A DNA stretch of 64,000 nucleotides from Pyrinomonadaceae bacterium (GCA_036006355.1 DASYPT010000100.1:5724-69723); one strand, 5' to 3'. Positions 1-11,215 are shown, numbered from the stretch's first letter. A program made the numbers and translations. Notes: generated from the sequence alone by a model not told the origin.

Positions 1-2168
1 AAGTCAACATCCATCTCCGCGTTGACTGCAAGTGAACGAGTGCGGCCTTCGAGATTAACAACGCCAATACGACCGTTCTCCAGGTAGTAAAGCTCCTTAC
101 TGTCCGGCGTGAACTGAATCGCGGACTTGGAGCCGGGCGTTGAAGTCAATTGCTTGGCAACGGCCGGATCGCGAGAAAGTTCGTCCAATGAGTACAGATA
201 AATGTTTGACTGATTCGCAGCGGTAGCTACCATTGCCACCCACTTACCATCAGGACTTATCGCTTGAGAGTTCAGATCAACTCCCACTGGCAACAGACTC
301 AACCGGCGACGAATCCCGTCAAAAACCACTTGAACAGGTTTGGGAGACGACTTTGCTCCTGATGCTGGAGAAGGCGATGCAACGGGTGAAGCTTCGGGGG
401 TTGGTGTTGGTGACGGTCTCGGTTCCACCGGCTGACGGCCAGGCGTGACATTTCTGGGCGTCTCTTCACGAAAGAGGTCGCGAAACTGATCTTCACGGAA
501 CTTAGGTGTCCGGGGAATCAAATCGATCCGCGCGAGTTGGAAACTTTCGGTGCGTTGACCTGTATCAAACAAAATGTAGGTGCCATCCGGACTCCAGGAC
601 AGCGTGTTGCTAAATACATTTGCCAGGAAACTAGCCGGTTTGCTTCCGCCATTTTCAACTTGAACGAGATTGACGTTCTTAAACTGATTATCTGCTACTG
701 GTAAGTACGCCAACCATTTGCTATCTGGCGACCAGACGAGCGGCCGATCGGCAATGATCGGCGGACGCTCAAACACACCTGTGGCAACAACACGATCCTG
801 CTTGTCGGCCAGGTTTAAGACACGAACTGCTTTTGCGCCGCGAAAGAAGGCCAACCATTTTCCATCGGGCGAAAACGAAGGCGCGGCATCGTCAGACGAA
901 TCGTTGGTCAGTTGTGATTCAGTGTTGGTATTGAAATCGTAAATGAAAAGATGTGGGGTTCCGGCTCGATCAGAAACATAAACAAGCCGACGGCTATCTG
1001 GTGACCAGGTAACCTGATATTCATCAGCACTGCTAACTGAGACGCGGGCCGCGTCACCACCGTCTGCCGCAGACGCTGCAAAAACTTCACCTCGAACTAC
1101 GAATGCGACCTTCTTACCGTCTGGAGATAATTCGAGTTCGGAGATTTGATCAGTCAACCGAACATGCTCAACAGCCGGGCCGGCAGACGCACCACGTCTT
1201 TGAATCTCGACTTCCGAGGCTTTGCCTGATTCCGTATCGAATTTCCAAATATGAAAATTGTGTTCGAAAACGATCTCGCGACCGTCGTAAGAAATACTCG
1301 GCCAAACCACTCGACCATTCGTGAAATTCGACAACCGTTTCGCAACTCCGCGCCCCGGAGTAGTGCTCCAGATATTCGGCGCGCCTTGCTTGTTCCCTGC
1401 GTCGCTCCGATCGGAAACGTAGAAAAGAGACCGGCCATCGGCGCTCCACATGGGCCACAGCTCTTTAGCACCACCCGGAGTCACGCGTTCGTAAGTTCCG
1501 TTGTCACTGTCAAATGATTTCAACAACCAGATCTCTGACTCGTCGATATGACTATGCCCTTTCCGCCACCATTGACCTGAGGCAATTCCTCGAGCGTTGA
1601 AAGCTAAAGTGTTTCCATCAGGCGACGGCGCTGAAAAAAACTCGTTGGTATAACGGTCAGCACTGACTTGCATGGCCGTACTACCCGAAAGACTGACGCG
1701 AAAGATATCGCCTGCTGCGCCAACGTCTTTGCTGCCCGATGAAAAGTAGATCCATCGCCCATCTCTGGACCAACCATCAAGTAACTCTGGAGCATCGTCA
1801 AAAGTCATCCGCTTGAGTTCGCCACTTGCCAGGGTCAATACATAGATGTCGCCATTGCCTGAGCGCGTTGAGACGAAGGCCAATTGTTTGCCGTCAGGTG
1901 AGTACAAGGGCCTTGCCTCATTTGCGGGATTCGAAACCAACAACGACGCAACCCCTCCAGAAGACGGAACAGTCCAGATGTCTCCGCCTGAGACGAAGGC
2001 GATCTCTTTTCGATCGGGTGAAAGCGCTGGTTCGGTGAAGTATGGCTGCGCAGTAACCGACGAATCTCGAGTCTCGGCACGCTCTTGAGCAGCGGCAACT
2101 ACACTGAAGGTGAGGAGAAAACCACTTAGGAGAATTGCAACGACCGCGCGTCTAGTATTGAAAGCCAT
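1..2168 (-). CDS. PD40/TolB-like beta-propeller repeat protein (tricorn-protease-like N-terminal region); 3' end lies outside the window
   Basis: Missing from the ORF track because it has no in-window stop. My hand translation of the minus strand from ATG 2168 (AGGAG just upstream) stays open to base 1. It gives signal peptide MAFNTRRAVVAILLSGFLLTFSVVAAAQ, then repeated SPDGKxLAFVS / WSPDS PD40-type motifs and a P/S/T-rich linker. Confidence 0.75.
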   Translation of the reverse strand, partial: MAFNTRRAVVAILLSGFLLTFSVVAAAQERAETRDSSVTAQPYFTEPALSPDRKEIAFVSGGDIWTVPSSGGVASLLVSNPANEARPLYSPDGKQLAFVSTRSGNGDIYVLTLASGELKRMTFDDAPELLDGWSRDGRWIYFSSGSKDVGAAGDIFRVSLSGSTAMQVSADRYTNEFFSAPSPDGNTLAFNARGIASGQWWRKGHSHIDESEIWLLKSFDSDNGTYERVTPGGAKELWPMWSADGRSLFYVSDRSDAGNKQGAPNIWSTTPGRGVAKRLSNFTNGRVVWPSISYDGREIVFEHNFHIWKFDTESGKASEVEIQRRGASAGPAVEHVRLTDQISELELSPDGKKVAFVVRGEVFAASAADGGDAARVSVSSADEYQVTWSPDSRRLVYVSDRAGTPHLFIYDFNTNTESQLTNDSSDDAAPSFSPDGKWLAFFRGAKAVRVLNLADKQDRVVATGVFERPPIIADRPLVWSPDSKWLAYLPVADNQFKNVNLVQVENGGSKPASFLANVFSNTLSWSPDGTYILFDTGQRTESFQLARIDLIPRTPKFREDQFRDLFREETPRNVTPGRQPVEPRPSPTPTPEASPVASPSPASGAKSSPKPVQVVFDGIRRRLSLLPVGVDLNSQAISPDGKWVAMVATAANQSNIYLYSLDELSRDPAVAKQLTSTPGSKSAIQFTPDSKELYYLENGRIGVVNLEGRTRSLAVNAEMDVD

Positions 2169-2190
2169 TTCGCTCCTTTAGTCTTTGGCT

Positions 2191-2290
2191 CTCTCTGCGC
2201 TTCCTCAGCGTCCTCTGCGTCGGTGGCTTTTGTGGCGCTCAATCCAGGAACCGCAGAGACGCAGAGAACGCTGAGGAAGCGCAAAGAGAG
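2191..2290. repeat. 100-bp intergenic palindrome (type F, single copy in window)
   Basis: Left arm CTCTCTGCGCTTCCTCAGCGTCCTCTGCGTC pairs with right arm GACGCAGAGAACGCTGAGGAAGCGCAAAGAGAG. It lies between the stop of 2307..2987 and the start of 1..2168. Confidence 0.85.
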
Positions 2291-2306
2291 AACCTCAAAG
2301 TGTGGC

Positions 2307-2987
2307 TTAATTCTTTTTTGGCACTATCGCAAACGCTCGCACAGGAAACGTGCCGAAGTTACGAACCTTTACTGGAACAGCAAAAAACCGGAAACCCTCC
2401 TCAGGTAGATCACGCAAGCCACAAAGGTGTTCGACAATCGGAATGTTGTGACGAAGCAAGATCGAATGCGCGGGTCGACTACCGCCTTCTGTGTTGTCGA
2501 TGTTGTAAGAATCTATGCCAACTAGAGCAGCACCAGAACCTGCCAAATGCTGCGCTGCCGCGGCAGACAAAAACGGGTGGTTGCCACTCCAATACTGTTC
2601 AGTGCGCCAGTGAAGATCCCAATTGGTTTGAAACAGAACAGCCTTGCCTTTTACATCGAGACCGCGCACTACGCTTTCATCAATTTCCCGTTTAGCTACA
2701 TCTAATAACCTGACGACGACGCCATCAACGTTTGCAAGCGAATATAAATCGAGCGCTGCAAGATCGACGCCGTCTGCATAACGATGAAACGGACTATCGA
2801 GGTAAGTGCCGGTATTCGCAACCATCTCAATTTTGCCGATGTGAAACTCTGTTCCCGCTTCATAGTGGCTTTTCGAGTCTTCACGAGACAGGTGATCGCT
2901 GATAACCGGCGACGGGAGACCTTTGTACGTAATCATTCCGTGCTCGACGGTATGAGAGATATCGATTAGTTCGTAGTCTGAAATCAT
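2307..2987 (-). CDS. putative cyclase family protein (arylformamidase / kynurenine formamidase-like)
   Basis: 226 aa. NTGTYLDSPFH resembles the HxGTHxDxPxH metal motif of the cyclase/arylformamidase family. Size and the C-terminal IVEHL region are typical. Confidence 0.75.
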   Translation of the reverse strand: MISDYELIDISHTVEHGMITYKGLPSPVISDHLSREDSKSHYEAGTEFHIGKIEMVANTGTYLDSPFHRYADGVDLAALDLYSLANVDGVVVRLLDVAKREIDESVVRGLDVKGKAVLFQTNWDLHWRTEQYWSGNHPFLSAAAAQHLAGSGAALVGIDSYNIDNTEGGSRPAHSILLRHNIPIVEHLCGLRDLPEEGFRFFAVPVKVRNFGTFPVRAFAIVPKKN

Positions 2988-2998
2988 ATATAGACCAT

Positions 2999-3090
2999 GG
3001 TGCTGGGAGCGCAGGCGTCCCCGTCTGCTCGCTCAAACTCACAGTTCGTTAAGGCGACGGGCAGGCGGGGACGCCTGCGTTCCCAGCACC
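2999..3090. repeat. 92-bp palindrome, family G copy 1
   Basis: GGTGCTGGGAGCGCAGGCGTCCCCGTCTGC ... GCAGGCGGGGACGCCTGCGTTCCCAGCACC. It ends 4 nt before the stop of 3095..4216. Confidence 0.9.
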
Positions 3091-3094
3091 GAGA

Positions 3095-4216
3095 TTAGTG
3101 TTTCTGCACGAGTACTTGAAAACTCGAAGCCATACCACCAGGCAAGATCATTTCCCTCGCCGACGTTGTCAGCGCCGACTTCTCAGCTTCTGAACCGGCA
3201 TGAATCAAACCAGATTCGAGCTCTTCGAGAATTCCTGCCTGCATCAAGAACTTATCAAGTTGCAAGAATTGACTTGTCTTGAAACCCCATTTCTTGCCTA
3301 CGGATTCGACAAAAGTCCAATTGACACTGCTTGTGATGTCACACTCTCCAGGATCTGAAAGAACATCATCAATGATGTGATGCTCACGGAAAGCCCTGAT
3401 GGTCCCGTCCGGACGATCCTTTCCTGAGTAAAGTTCCGTTGCGACGGCGCCGTAGTCTACAGTGATTACATAACCGTTAGCTAATATCGAAGCGACTTTC
3501 TTGAACCAATCACCGATCTGTAGGTTGAGTTCGATTATCTGTCCCTCAACTAAAGAAGGAACCTGATTTCTGCAACCTGCGATGAGTTCTTCAGACGATG
3601 GATCATCGACAACCCATATGAACTTTCCATCATGGTCTATTGAGACAAAGAGTTCTTTCAGTTCCCCACCACGAAGAGTCAGCCGATGAACGGGAAAAGC
3701 ATCCAGCAATTCGTTTGTAAAAAGAAATCCCGATTGTAGTGACGGTATCGCTTCGTTCTCCGCAAACACAACGCGATCACGAAACTCATAGAGACGTTCC
3801 GAGGCAACCTGCCTCGATACCTGACTGTTTTCGATAATCAGATATCTCGTGGCGTTGAATACGTTCGGAAAACTTTGCTTCAGTTTCGCTAGAACGCCCG
3901 CGGCAAATTCACCATTACCCGCCCCCATTTCAACGATATTGAATTCAGCCGGCTGACCTGGTTGTTCGTAAAGCGAAACAAAGTATCGTGCAAACGTCGC
4001 GGCGAAAAGTTCACTGCGTTCGGGGCTGGTGCGATAGTCACCCTGACGTCCCCAGCGCACACGGTCGGCTCGATTGTAATAACCAAAATCAGGATGATAG
4101 AGAGCCTCTCTCATCCAATCATGAAAACTAATGCTGCCTGTTTGTCGAATTTGTTGGGCCAGCAACCCTGCTAGCTGCGACTGCGGGCGGGCGACCAATT
4201 CTAATTCACTGCTCAC
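3095..4216 (-). CDS. SAM-dependent methyltransferase, MidA/NDUFAF7 (DUF185) family
   Basis: 373 aa. FHDWMREALYHPDFGYY, GDYRTSPE and EMGAGNGEFA are typical MidA-type motifs. Confidence 0.8.
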   Translation of the reverse strand: MSSELELVARPQSQLAGLLAQQIRQTGSISFHDWMREALYHPDFGYYNRADRVRWGRQGDYRTSPERSELFAATFARYFVSLYEQPGQPAEFNIVEMGAGNGEFAAGVLAKLKQSFPNVFNATRYLIIENSQVSRQVASERLYEFRDRVVFAENEAIPSLQSGFLFTNELLDAFPVHRLTLRGGELKELFVSIDHDGKFIWVVDDPSSEELIAGCRNQVPSLVEGQIIELNLQIGDWFKKVASILANGYVITVDYGAVATELYSGKDRPDGTIRAFREHHIIDDVLSDPGECDITSSVNWTFVESVGKKWGFKTSQFLQLDKFLMQAGILEELESGLIHAGSEAEKSALTTSAREMILPGGMASSFQVLVQKH

Positions 4217-4766
4217 CTGTGCGATCTTCTTTGTCCAGCAAACGTGTTGTGTTCTCCGTCACACTCGGAGGAGTCGCCAGTTCAGCTGTAGTCGGACGCT
4301 GGCGCCACGGAGCAGTTGAAACTGAAGGCGGAGGCAAAGCAGTGTTATGAGCCGATCCAAACGGACGAGGAGTGACTGGCGGTGAAACATACGATCTGGC
4401 GGTTTGCAGTATCGGCCGCGGAGCTCCCTCTTCAAAGACTGCCGCGTACAGCATTCTGAGTGGCCCACCCATGAAGCAGATGATTGCTGCAAGGGCGGTC
4501 AGGATCTCGGGAAATCGCGAATCGAAATAGCTTGCAAACAAACCCAGAATCGGAACTATGATGGCGCCTAAAAGAAACAACATTCCGCCCTGTCGCACGC
4601 CTTTTTTTCGGGGCGACATTTCAACGGGAGATCCCGGCTCGCGATAAACCGGCACCATGCCGCCGTTATTCAGCAACTGGAAGACTCCTTCGAGCGGGAA
4701 ACCACAGCGCGAACAAAACCTCACGGCTCCCGGAACTTGTTGTTGACCGCAATGCGGACAATACAT
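4206..4766 (-). CDS. zinc-ribbon membrane protein
   Basis: N-terminal MYCPHCGQ...CSRCGF double CxxC, followed by hydrophobic helices. Overlaps the downstream gene by 11 nt. Confidence 0.6.
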   Translation of the reverse strand: MYCPHCGQQQVPGAVRFCSRCGFPLEGVFQLLNNGGMVPVYREPGSPVEMSPRKKGVRQGGMLFLLGAIIVPILGLFASYFDSRFPEILTALAAIICFMGGPLRMLYAAVFEEGAPRPILQTARSYVSPPVTPRPFGSAHNTALPPPSVSTAPWRQRPTTAELATPPSVTENTTRLLDKEDRTGEQ

Positions 4767-4801
4767 TCTGCTAGTTCCTCACCAGGGGCTATTAAAGACA
4801 G

Positions 4802-5281
4802 CTAGATAATAAACCTTGTCGCGTCTTCACCGGAAAGCAATTTTAGTGTTGCTGCAGCTCGGCCACGATAATCGCTTGCTCGCAACATCGTTGTAAGAAG
4901 CAGTTCCAATAAACTACACGGCTTACCAGACGGTATTGAGATCAGCTTCAATAATATGCCATCGTCAGTAAAACTTACGAAGGCGCGATTCTTTAAACTG
5001 TTTACTTCTGCCAGGTACTCAAGAACACGGGCATCCGTTGAAAGCGTTTCCGGCAAGGTCCATTCGAAAGGGTCATCCCAGAGATTCGCTGTGATACCGC
5101 CGAAAGTCTGCTCTATCACGCCTGCGCTTTTGAGAATGTTCTCCCCGATCGAAGAGGCAGCGTGCTGTTCGTAAAGAAGATTTGAAGGCGTTGAGACGGC
5201 AAGTGCTCGAAGGCTTTCGATCAGACGATCAAACTGCTGATCCAGGAGTTCGACTATGATGCGATTACTAGTCTCGAGCAA
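4802..5281 (-). CDS. hypothetical protein
   Basis: 159-aa ORF with a TTG start, packed in the same-strand gene string. I recognise no motif. Confidence 0.45.
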   Translation of the reverse strand: MLETSNRIIVELLDQQFDRLIESLRALAVSTPSNLLYEQHAASSIGENILKSAGVIEQTFGGITANLWDDPFEWTLPETLSTDARVLEYLAEVNSLKNRAFVSFTDDGILLKLISIPSGKPCSLLELLLTTMLRASDYRGRAAATLKLLSGEDATRFII

Positions 5282-5305
5282 GGGGAGAGTCGCCAGGGTT
5301 TGAAG

Positions 5306-5659
5306 CTACCTGCCTTTGGTTCGGCGGTCAGTCTCCTCAATCACTGTCCCATAACTTCGTCCACCAAAGCTAAACCCATTGTGGACGTATCCCTTTGTTC
5401 CAACTTGCGACCCACGCGAAGGAATTCCTCGGCGCGTCGCCACCCAGATTCTTCCGGTGCCATCATCGATTTCATAAGCACCCTGTCCTAAAACCCCGTA
5501 GCTATCTGTGACTCGGCCTGCGATAGCGACTTCCTTATCTCTATAGCGGCCGGGGTCGCCATTGATTCTTGCGATGTTGGTCTGACTCGGACATGCAGTG
5601 ACAAGCAAAGTGCCGAAGAGAACAGCGACGATCAAAACGATTCTTTTGTGACCCGACAT
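5306..5659 (-). CDS. small lipoprotein
   Basis: Start moved from 5743 to ATG 5659 (AAGGAG upstream). MSGHKRIVLIVAVLFGTLLVTAC is a lipobox signal peptide. Confidence 0.6.
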   Translation of the reverse strand: MSGHKRIVLIVAVLFGTLLVTACPSQTNIARINGDPGRYRDKEVAIAGRVTDSYGVLGQGAYEIDDGTGRIWVATRRGIPSRGSQVGTKGYVHNGFSFGGRSYGTVIEETDRRTKGR

Positions 5660-5758
5660 AGCGTCTCCTTTAATGTGTGATTCATCTCGGGAGAGGTAGC
5701 AGGGATGATAGCATAAGGGAATTGGATGCCCGGGTGGGGTCAAAAGCCTATTTATCAG

Positions 5759-5882
5759 TGGTCATTTTCCATTTCTCATTTTCCATTTTGGTCTGCGTGG
5801 TTAATAGGACCTATTTGACCTATAGGACCTATTCAGTGCACCAACTAGCGAAAAATGGAAAATGAGAAATGATAAATGACCA
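5759..5882. repeat. family E element copy 1 (9-mer core plus inverted low-complexity arms)
   Basis: Arms TGGTCATTTTCCATTTCTCATTTTCCATTTT / AAAATGGAAAATGAGAAATGATAAATGACCA. Core at 5803-5833 is ATAGGACCT ATTTGACCT ATAGGACCT. Confidence 0.85.
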
Positions 5883-5925
5883 ATGAGAAATGTGCCTTTT
5901 TACCTGTGCCCAATTCGTCTCTCAG

Positions 5926-7434
5926 TTACTTCCCAAACCACCCGATCGGCTTTCCGGAGAGATCCACCCACACGCTTTTTACTTGTGTGTACAGATCCAG
6001 CGCATGACGGCCCATCTCACGTCCGTAACCCGATTGCTTGTAACCGCCAAAGGGAGAGGCTGCATTGAACATGTTGTAGGTATTGATCCAAACGACCCCA
6101 GCCTTTATCTCACGCGCAAAACGGTGTGCGCGCGTTATGTCCTGAGTCCATATGCCGGCCGAAAGTCCGTAAATCGTATCGTTAGCCTGTTTAATTAGAT
6201 CGTCCTCGTCTTTGAAACTAATCACTGACACGACCGGTCCAAATATCTCTTCCTGGGCCACGCGCATTCTGTTGTTTACGTCCGCGAAGATCGTCGGGCG
6301 GAAGAAATAACCTTTCTGAAACGCACCTTCAAGCTCAGGAGAAGCCCCGCCGGTCACAACCGCCGCGCCTTCATTGCGAGCAACATCAACGTAGCCCTTG
6401 ATTCGATTCAGTTGTTCCTCGGAAACCTGGGGACCCATTTGGGTCGACTTGTCCATCGGATCGCCAACCGCGATGCGTTCGGCTCTTTCAGTTAACTTTG
6501 ACAGGAATTCATCCTTCACACCTTCTTCGACGAAGAGACGCGATCCCGCGCAACAAACCTGGCCCTGGTTGTAAAAGATTCCCATCATTGCTCCAGCCAC
6601 GGCCTGGTCCAGATTGGAGTCAGCGAAAACTATGTTCGGCGCTTTGCCACCAAGTTCCAACGAAACTTTGGTTAAGTTTTCAGCCGCTGCTTTCGCAATC
6701 AGTTTTCCGACTTCGGTAGAGCCAGTGAAAGCAACTTTATCGATGCCCCTGTGTGCAGCAAGAGCAGCGCCCGCGCTTTCGCCATAGCCGGGAACAATGT
6801 TCACTACTCCTTCTGGAAACCCAGCCTCCTGGATTAACTTCGCGAGCTCCATCGCGCCAACCGGAGTTTGCTCTGCCGGCTTCAGCACGACTGTGTTACC
6901 GGCAGCGAGAGCAGGCGCAAGCTTCCATGCCGCCATTAATAATGGAAAGTTCCAGGGAATGATCTGACCGCAAACGCCGATCGGTTCCCTCAGTGTGTAA
7001 TTAAACATCTTGCCGGGAACAGGAATCGTTTCACCTTCGATCTTGGTGGCCCAACCAGCGAAGTATTCAAAGTTCTCCACAACCTGCGGCAAATCGACGT
7101 ACAGAGATTCCTTAATCGGCTTGCCGTTGTCCGCGGTTTCTAACCGGGCAAGTTCGTTGGCGTTCTGTTCTATCAGCTGCGAAAGCTTGTAGAGCAACCG
7201 GCCGCGATCACGCGCGCTTAGTTTTGACCATTTTCCTTCATAGGCACGTCTTGCAGCCGCGACGGCCTTATCGATATCGGCGGCGTCTGCCTCGGCAACT
7301 TCAGCGAGTGTCTCGCCGGTCGCAGGATTTGGGGTTGTAAAGGTCTTGCCGGACTCGGCATCGACCCATTGGCCGTCGATAAAGAGTTGGTAGTTCCGAG
7401 GGGTGTTGTTTTCGGCTGGTTGTGCAGATGACAT
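5926..7434 (-). CDS. NAD(P)+-dependent aldehyde dehydrogenase
   Basis: 502 aa. Contains ELGGKAP and the FYNQGQVCCAGSR catalytic-Cys motif. Confidence 0.92.
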   Translation of the reverse strand: MSSAQPAENNTPRNYQLFIDGQWVDAESGKTFTTPNPATGETLAEVAEADAADIDKAVAAARRAYEGKWSKLSARDRGRLLYKLSQLIEQNANELARLETADNGKPIKESLYVDLPQVVENFEYFAGWATKIEGETIPVPGKMFNYTLREPIGVCGQIIPWNFPLLMAAWKLAPALAAGNTVVLKPAEQTPVGAMELAKLIQEAGFPEGVVNIVPGYGESAGAALAAHRGIDKVAFTGSTEVGKLIAKAAAENLTKVSLELGGKAPNIVFADSNLDQAVAGAMMGIFYNQGQVCCAGSRLFVEEGVKDEFLSKLTERAERIAVGDPMDKSTQMGPQVSEEQLNRIKGYVDVARNEGAAVVTGGASPELEGAFQKGYFFRPTIFADVNNRMRVAQEEIFGPVVSVISFKDEDDLIKQANDTIYGLSAGIWTQDITRAHRFAREIKAGVVWINTYNMFNAASPFGGYKQSGYGREMGRHALDLYTQVKSVWVDLSGKPIGWFGK

Positions 7435-7464
7435 TTTGTTTCCCGCTTCAAGTAATGGTTGGAT

Positions 7465-7571
7465 ATTGTCGATTTCCGATTGCCAATTGCCGATTTGAGC
7501 CTAGGCCTGGTTTTAGGCAACTCAAGATTCAAGCAGACCAAATCGCCAATTGGCAATCGGAAATCGGCAAT
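7465..7571. repeat. family D palindrome copy 1
   Basis: ATTGTCGATTTCCGATTGCCAATTGCCGATTT ... AAATCGCCAATTGGCAATCGGAAATCGGCAAT. It ends 2 nt from the acnA stop. Confidence 0.88.
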
Positions 7572-7573
7572 CC

Positions 7574-10465
7574 TTAAAAATCCGTTGTGCCCGCGAGCAG
7601 CTGTCGCAAAACAAAGGGGAGAATTCCGCCATGCTTGTAGTAGTCAACCTCGATCGGAGTATCTATTCGCAAGGTCACAAGTACCTCCTCCAGCGCGCCG
7701 CTGCGTCTGTGAATCAGCAGGGTCAGATCCTGTAATGGTCTGATGCCGGCATCGATGCCAACAAGATCGAATGTCTCGCTTCCATCCAAACGCAATGATG
7801 CAGCACTCATCTCGTCCTTGAACTGACAAGGCAGTACGCCCATTCCAACAAGGTTGCTGCGATGAATCCGTTCAAAACTCTGCGCGACCACTGCTTTCAC
7901 GCCTAGCAGCCTTGTTCCCTTGGCGGCCCAGTCACGTGAACTGCCTGTGCCGTACTCCTGTCCGGCGATAATCACCAGCGGCACTCGCTCCTCCTGATAA
8001 CGCATCGCCGCGTCGTAAATGCTCATTCGTTCGCCATCTCGCTGGTGAATCGTGACTCCGCCCTCAACGCCAGGGACCATTAAGTTTTTGATTCTGACGT
8101 TTGCGAAGGTTCCGCGCACCATCACTTCATGGTTACCGCGCCTGGCGCCATAACTATTGAAGTCGCGAATGTCTACACCACGTTGCTGAAGATAAAGACC
8201 AGCTGGTGACGAAGGCTTTATCGCTCCTGCCGGACTAATGTGGTCCGTCGTTACTGAGTCGCCGAAAATTGCGAGTGGTCGCGCGCCTTTGATGTTCTTC
8301 AACGGTTCCAAACCGCTCTTAAAGCCGTCGAAGTAAGGGGGCTCGCGAATGTAAGTCGAATCAGGCTCCCACTGGTACACATTTCCGGTAGTCATTGGGA
8401 TTTCGTTCCACAACGGATTTTGATCGGCGAAGTTCCCGTATAGCGTTTGGTATGTTTTTGGATCAAACGCCGCGCCAATCAAATCATTCACTTCCTCCAG
8501 CGTTGGCCAGATATCTTTGAGGTAGACTTCCGTCCCATCTTTACCCGTCCCTAGAGGTTCTGACGAAAGATCGACGTCAATTCGGCCGGCGAGTGCGAAG
8601 GCTACTACGAGAGGAGGACTCATTAAGAAGTTTGCTTTAATACTCTGGTGCACGCGCGCTTCGAAGTTACGATTACCGGAAAGAACAGACGCTGCGATTA
8701 CATCCCGCTCGTTTACAACTTGCTCAATCGCCGGATCGAGAGGTCCTGAGTTTCCGATGCACGTAGTGCAGCCATAACCGACCAAATTGAAACCGAGGTC
8801 GTTCAGATAACGCTGCAGACCGGTCTTCTGTAAATACTCCGTTACGACTCGCGATCCAGGGGCTAGTGAGTTCTTAACTTTTCCGTTAACCGTGAGCCCA
8901 CGTTCGACTGCTTTCTTTGCTAACAAACCAGCAGCCAGCATGACGCTCGGATTCGAAGTGTTCGTGCATGATGTGATTGCGGCTATCAACACATCACCAT
9001 GGCCAATCAATTCATCACCAGTTGGAAATTGGTCTTCAGGAATTTCAGCGAAAACATCCGGCGTTGGGCGGTTGTTAACCATTTCCGTTTCCGTCCAAAC
9101 ACTCGTCGCTTTATTTGATACATCGAGCACAACTGGCGTGGGAACGCTTTCAACTCTTTGCTCACCTCCACCTGCAACCGCCATCTGCTTGTCCTCACCC
9201 ATTTTCACGTGATACCGCGTCCACAACTCCTCCTCCGTTTTGCCGTAGCCGCCCTCTTTAACAGGCTTAAGCATCAGTTGATTGAACTGATCTTTCAACT
9301 TCGACAGTTCAATTCGGTCCTGAGGACGCTTCGGACCTGCGACACTTGGCGGAATCGACGCAAGATCCAGGTCATAAACAACGCTGTAATCACATTCGCC
9401 CTTCTTCGGTATCCCGAACATTCCCTGTGCGCTGTAAAACCCGCGAACAAGTTCAACATGCTCTTCTGATCGTCCGGTTGCTAGCAGGTATTGACACGTC
9501 TGTTCATCAATTGGGAAAAAACCCATTGTGGCGCCATATTCCGGGGCCATGTTCGCAATTGTCGCGCGATCCGTGACCGACAAACGCGCAGCGCCCTCGC
9601 CGTGGAACTCAACAAACTTTCCGACAACTTTGGCAGCGCGCATCATCTCAGTAACTCGCAAGACGAGATCCGTTGCCGTTACGCCTTCGCCCAAAGTTCC
9701 CGTCAGATTCACTCCTACAACATCAGGAGTCAGGAAATATACTGGCTGGCCCAACATAGCTGCTTCGGCTTCAATCCCACCAACGCCCCAACCGACGATT
9801 CCCAAACCATTGATCATTGTCGTGTGCGAATCGGTGCCCACGAGCGTGTCAGGAAAACAAACGCCCTTCTCCCAAACATTCTTCGCGAGGTATTCAAGAT
9901 TGACCTGGTGGCAAATCCCAATACCCGGAGGTATGACGCGAAATCCGTCGAAACCTTGTGTACCCCATTTTAGAAACTGATATCGCGAACGGTTGCGTTT
10001 GAATTCCATCTGCATGTTCTTTTCAAACGCATCTCCGGTGCTGGAAAAATCAACCTGAATTGAATGATCGATAACGAGGTCAACTGGAACAAGCGGTTCG
10101 ATGATCCCGCTGTTCTTGCTGAGCCGCGCCACCGCCGAGCGCATGGCTGCCAGATCGACCAGCAGGGGAACACCAGTGAAGTCCTGCAGAAGAACGCGAG
10201 CAACCACAAAAGGTATTTCTTCCGTCCGTTTTCCATTCGGTTGCCAGTTCGCTAGTTCCTTAACATTTGATTCGGTGACACGCCGGCCATCGCAATTGCG
10301 AAGCACCGACTCAAGCACGATTCGAATACTGATTGGTAAACGAGAAATCGGGCCGACACCACTCTTTTCCAGTTGTGGCAACGAATAAAAACGATAGGTA
10401 GAACCAGAACCTGCCTCAAACGTTTGCAATGAATCGAACGGACCATCTGGCATACGACTGCTCAA
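7574..10465 (-). CDS. acnA: aconitate hydratase A
   Basis: 963 aa. Contains the [12 protein letters not shown] and [12 protein letters not shown] Fe-S ligand motifs. Confidence 0.95.
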   Translation of the reverse strand: MSSRMPDGPFDSLQTFEAGSGSTYRFYSLPQLEKSGVGPISRLPISIRIVLESVLRNCDGRRVTESNVKELANWQPNGKRTEEIPFVVARVLLQDFTGVPLLVDLAAMRSAVARLSKNSGIIEPLVPVDLVIDHSIQVDFSSTGDAFEKNMQMEFKRNRSRYQFLKWGTQGFDGFRVIPPGIGICHQVNLEYLAKNVWEKGVCFPDTLVGTDSHTTMINGLGIVGWGVGGIEAEAAMLGQPVYFLTPDVVGVNLTGTLGEGVTATDLVLRVTEMMRAAKVVGKFVEFHGEGAARLSVTDRATIANMAPEYGATMGFFPIDEQTCQYLLATGRSEEHVELVRGFYSAQGMFGIPKKGECDYSVVYDLDLASIPPSVAGPKRPQDRIELSKLKDQFNQLMLKPVKEGGYGKTEEELWTRYHVKMGEDKQMAVAGGGEQRVESVPTPVVLDVSNKATSVWTETEMVNNRPTPDVFAEIPEDQFPTGDELIGHGDVLIAAITSCTNTSNPSVMLAAGLLAKKAVERGLTVNGKVKNSLAPGSRVVTEYLQKTGLQRYLNDLGFNLVGYGCTTCIGNSGPLDPAIEQVVNERDVIAASVLSGNRNFEARVHQSIKANFLMSPPLVVAFALAGRIDVDLSSEPLGTGKDGTEVYLKDIWPTLEEVNDLIGAAFDPKTYQTLYGNFADQNPLWNEIPMTTGNVYQWEPDSTYIREPPYFDGFKSGLEPLKNIKGARPLAIFGDSVTTDHISPAGAIKPSSPAGLYLQQRGVDIRDFNSYGARRGNHEVMVRGTFANVRIKNLMVPGVEGGVTIHQRDGERMSIYDAAMRYQEERVPLVIIAGQEYGTGSSRDWAAKGTRLLGVKAVVAQSFERIHRSNLVGMGVLPCQFKDEMSAASLRLDGSETFDLVGIDAGIRPLQDLTLLIHRRSGALEEVLVTLRIDTPIEVDYYKHGGILPFVLRQLLAGTTDF

Positions 10466-10586
10466 ATCCTTTCGCCGAAATTAGACGATTCGAGTTCGTC
10501 TTCTGAGATGAAGTGTGGACAATTTGTGTGGTTCAAATTGAAGTGTAAAGTCGGCATGATTAATCGTCAAGCAAGCGATTTTGTTG

Positions 10587-10669
10587 TGCCTTCGTGTGTT
10601 TCGTGTGATTCGTGGATCGAACTTTCAGAACCCAAACGATCCACGAATCACATGAAACACACGAAACAC
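10587..10669. repeat. family H palindrome copy 1
   Basis: GTGCCTTCGTGTGTTTCGTGTGATTCGTGGATCG ... CGATCCACGAATCACATGAAACACACGAAACAC. Confidence 0.85.
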
Positions 10670-10813
10670 TAAGGTCATAATGACCAATTGCTCGCGTTTT
10701 ACTGCTTTGTTATAGTCTGACCATCGGTTCCCCCTGATCAAGTAAGCTCGGTCGGAGTTTCTTCATTTGAAGCAACTCGTCAACAGAACTTTCGAGTCTT
10801 GAGGAGTGAGAAC

Positions 10814-11212
10814 ATGCCGAAGAAGCACGCAGAGGATTTTGAATACTTAGCAAACAATCCGAACTACGTTCCAGACCCTGAGATTGAAGAGCTCATGGAA
10901 GAAGAAATCTCAAGGGCACCAAAGGACCCGGAGCTGTTGGCGCAGAGATTGCGCAACAACACCTCTTCTTCGCCGCGTGATGCCGGCGGAGATCTCGACG
11001 CCAACTGGGAAGACGTGAACGACAGCGGGTCGGAAAGCGTAGCAGGCGACAATCCCACTCCCGATCAATCAATGGTTGAGGAAAATGCCAGAGCTCTTGG
11101 GGTATCTTACGAAGACAATGAGGAACTGGAGTTTATCGACAAGATTGAAAGGCGAGATCGCGAACGATTCGAACTCGACGAGGGTTCGAAATCAACCGAG
11201 GACATGATCTGA
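10814..11212 (+). CDS. acidic hypothetical protein
   Basis: Start set at ATG 10814 (GAGGAG 7 nt upstream) rather than TTG 10799. It is D/E-rich. It carries GGDLDANWEDV...GDNPTPDQ...ALGVSYEDNEEL motifs that I recall from a conserved DUF family but cannot name with certainty. Confidence 0.6.
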   Translation: MPKKHAEDFEYLANNPNYVPDPEIEELMEEEISRAPKDPELLAQRLRNNTSSSPRDAGGDLDANWEDVNDSGSESVAGDNPTPDQSMVEENARALGVSYEDNEELEFIDKIERRDRERFELDEGSKSTEDMI

Positions 11213-11215
11213 CGT

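Noticed and set aside
8892-10388. Several long antisense ORFs (e.g. 9491..9973, 9528..9980, 8892..9212, 10101..10388) opposite acnA. Similar cases lie opposite ugd (22840..23415), coaBC (26552..27068), the histidine kinase (39463..39855) and the transglutaminase-like gene (36556..36926).
   Set aside because: Each lies entirely inside a well-supported conserved gene on the other strand. They have no recognisable motifs or ribosome-binding sites, and their composition is typical of shadow ORFs.
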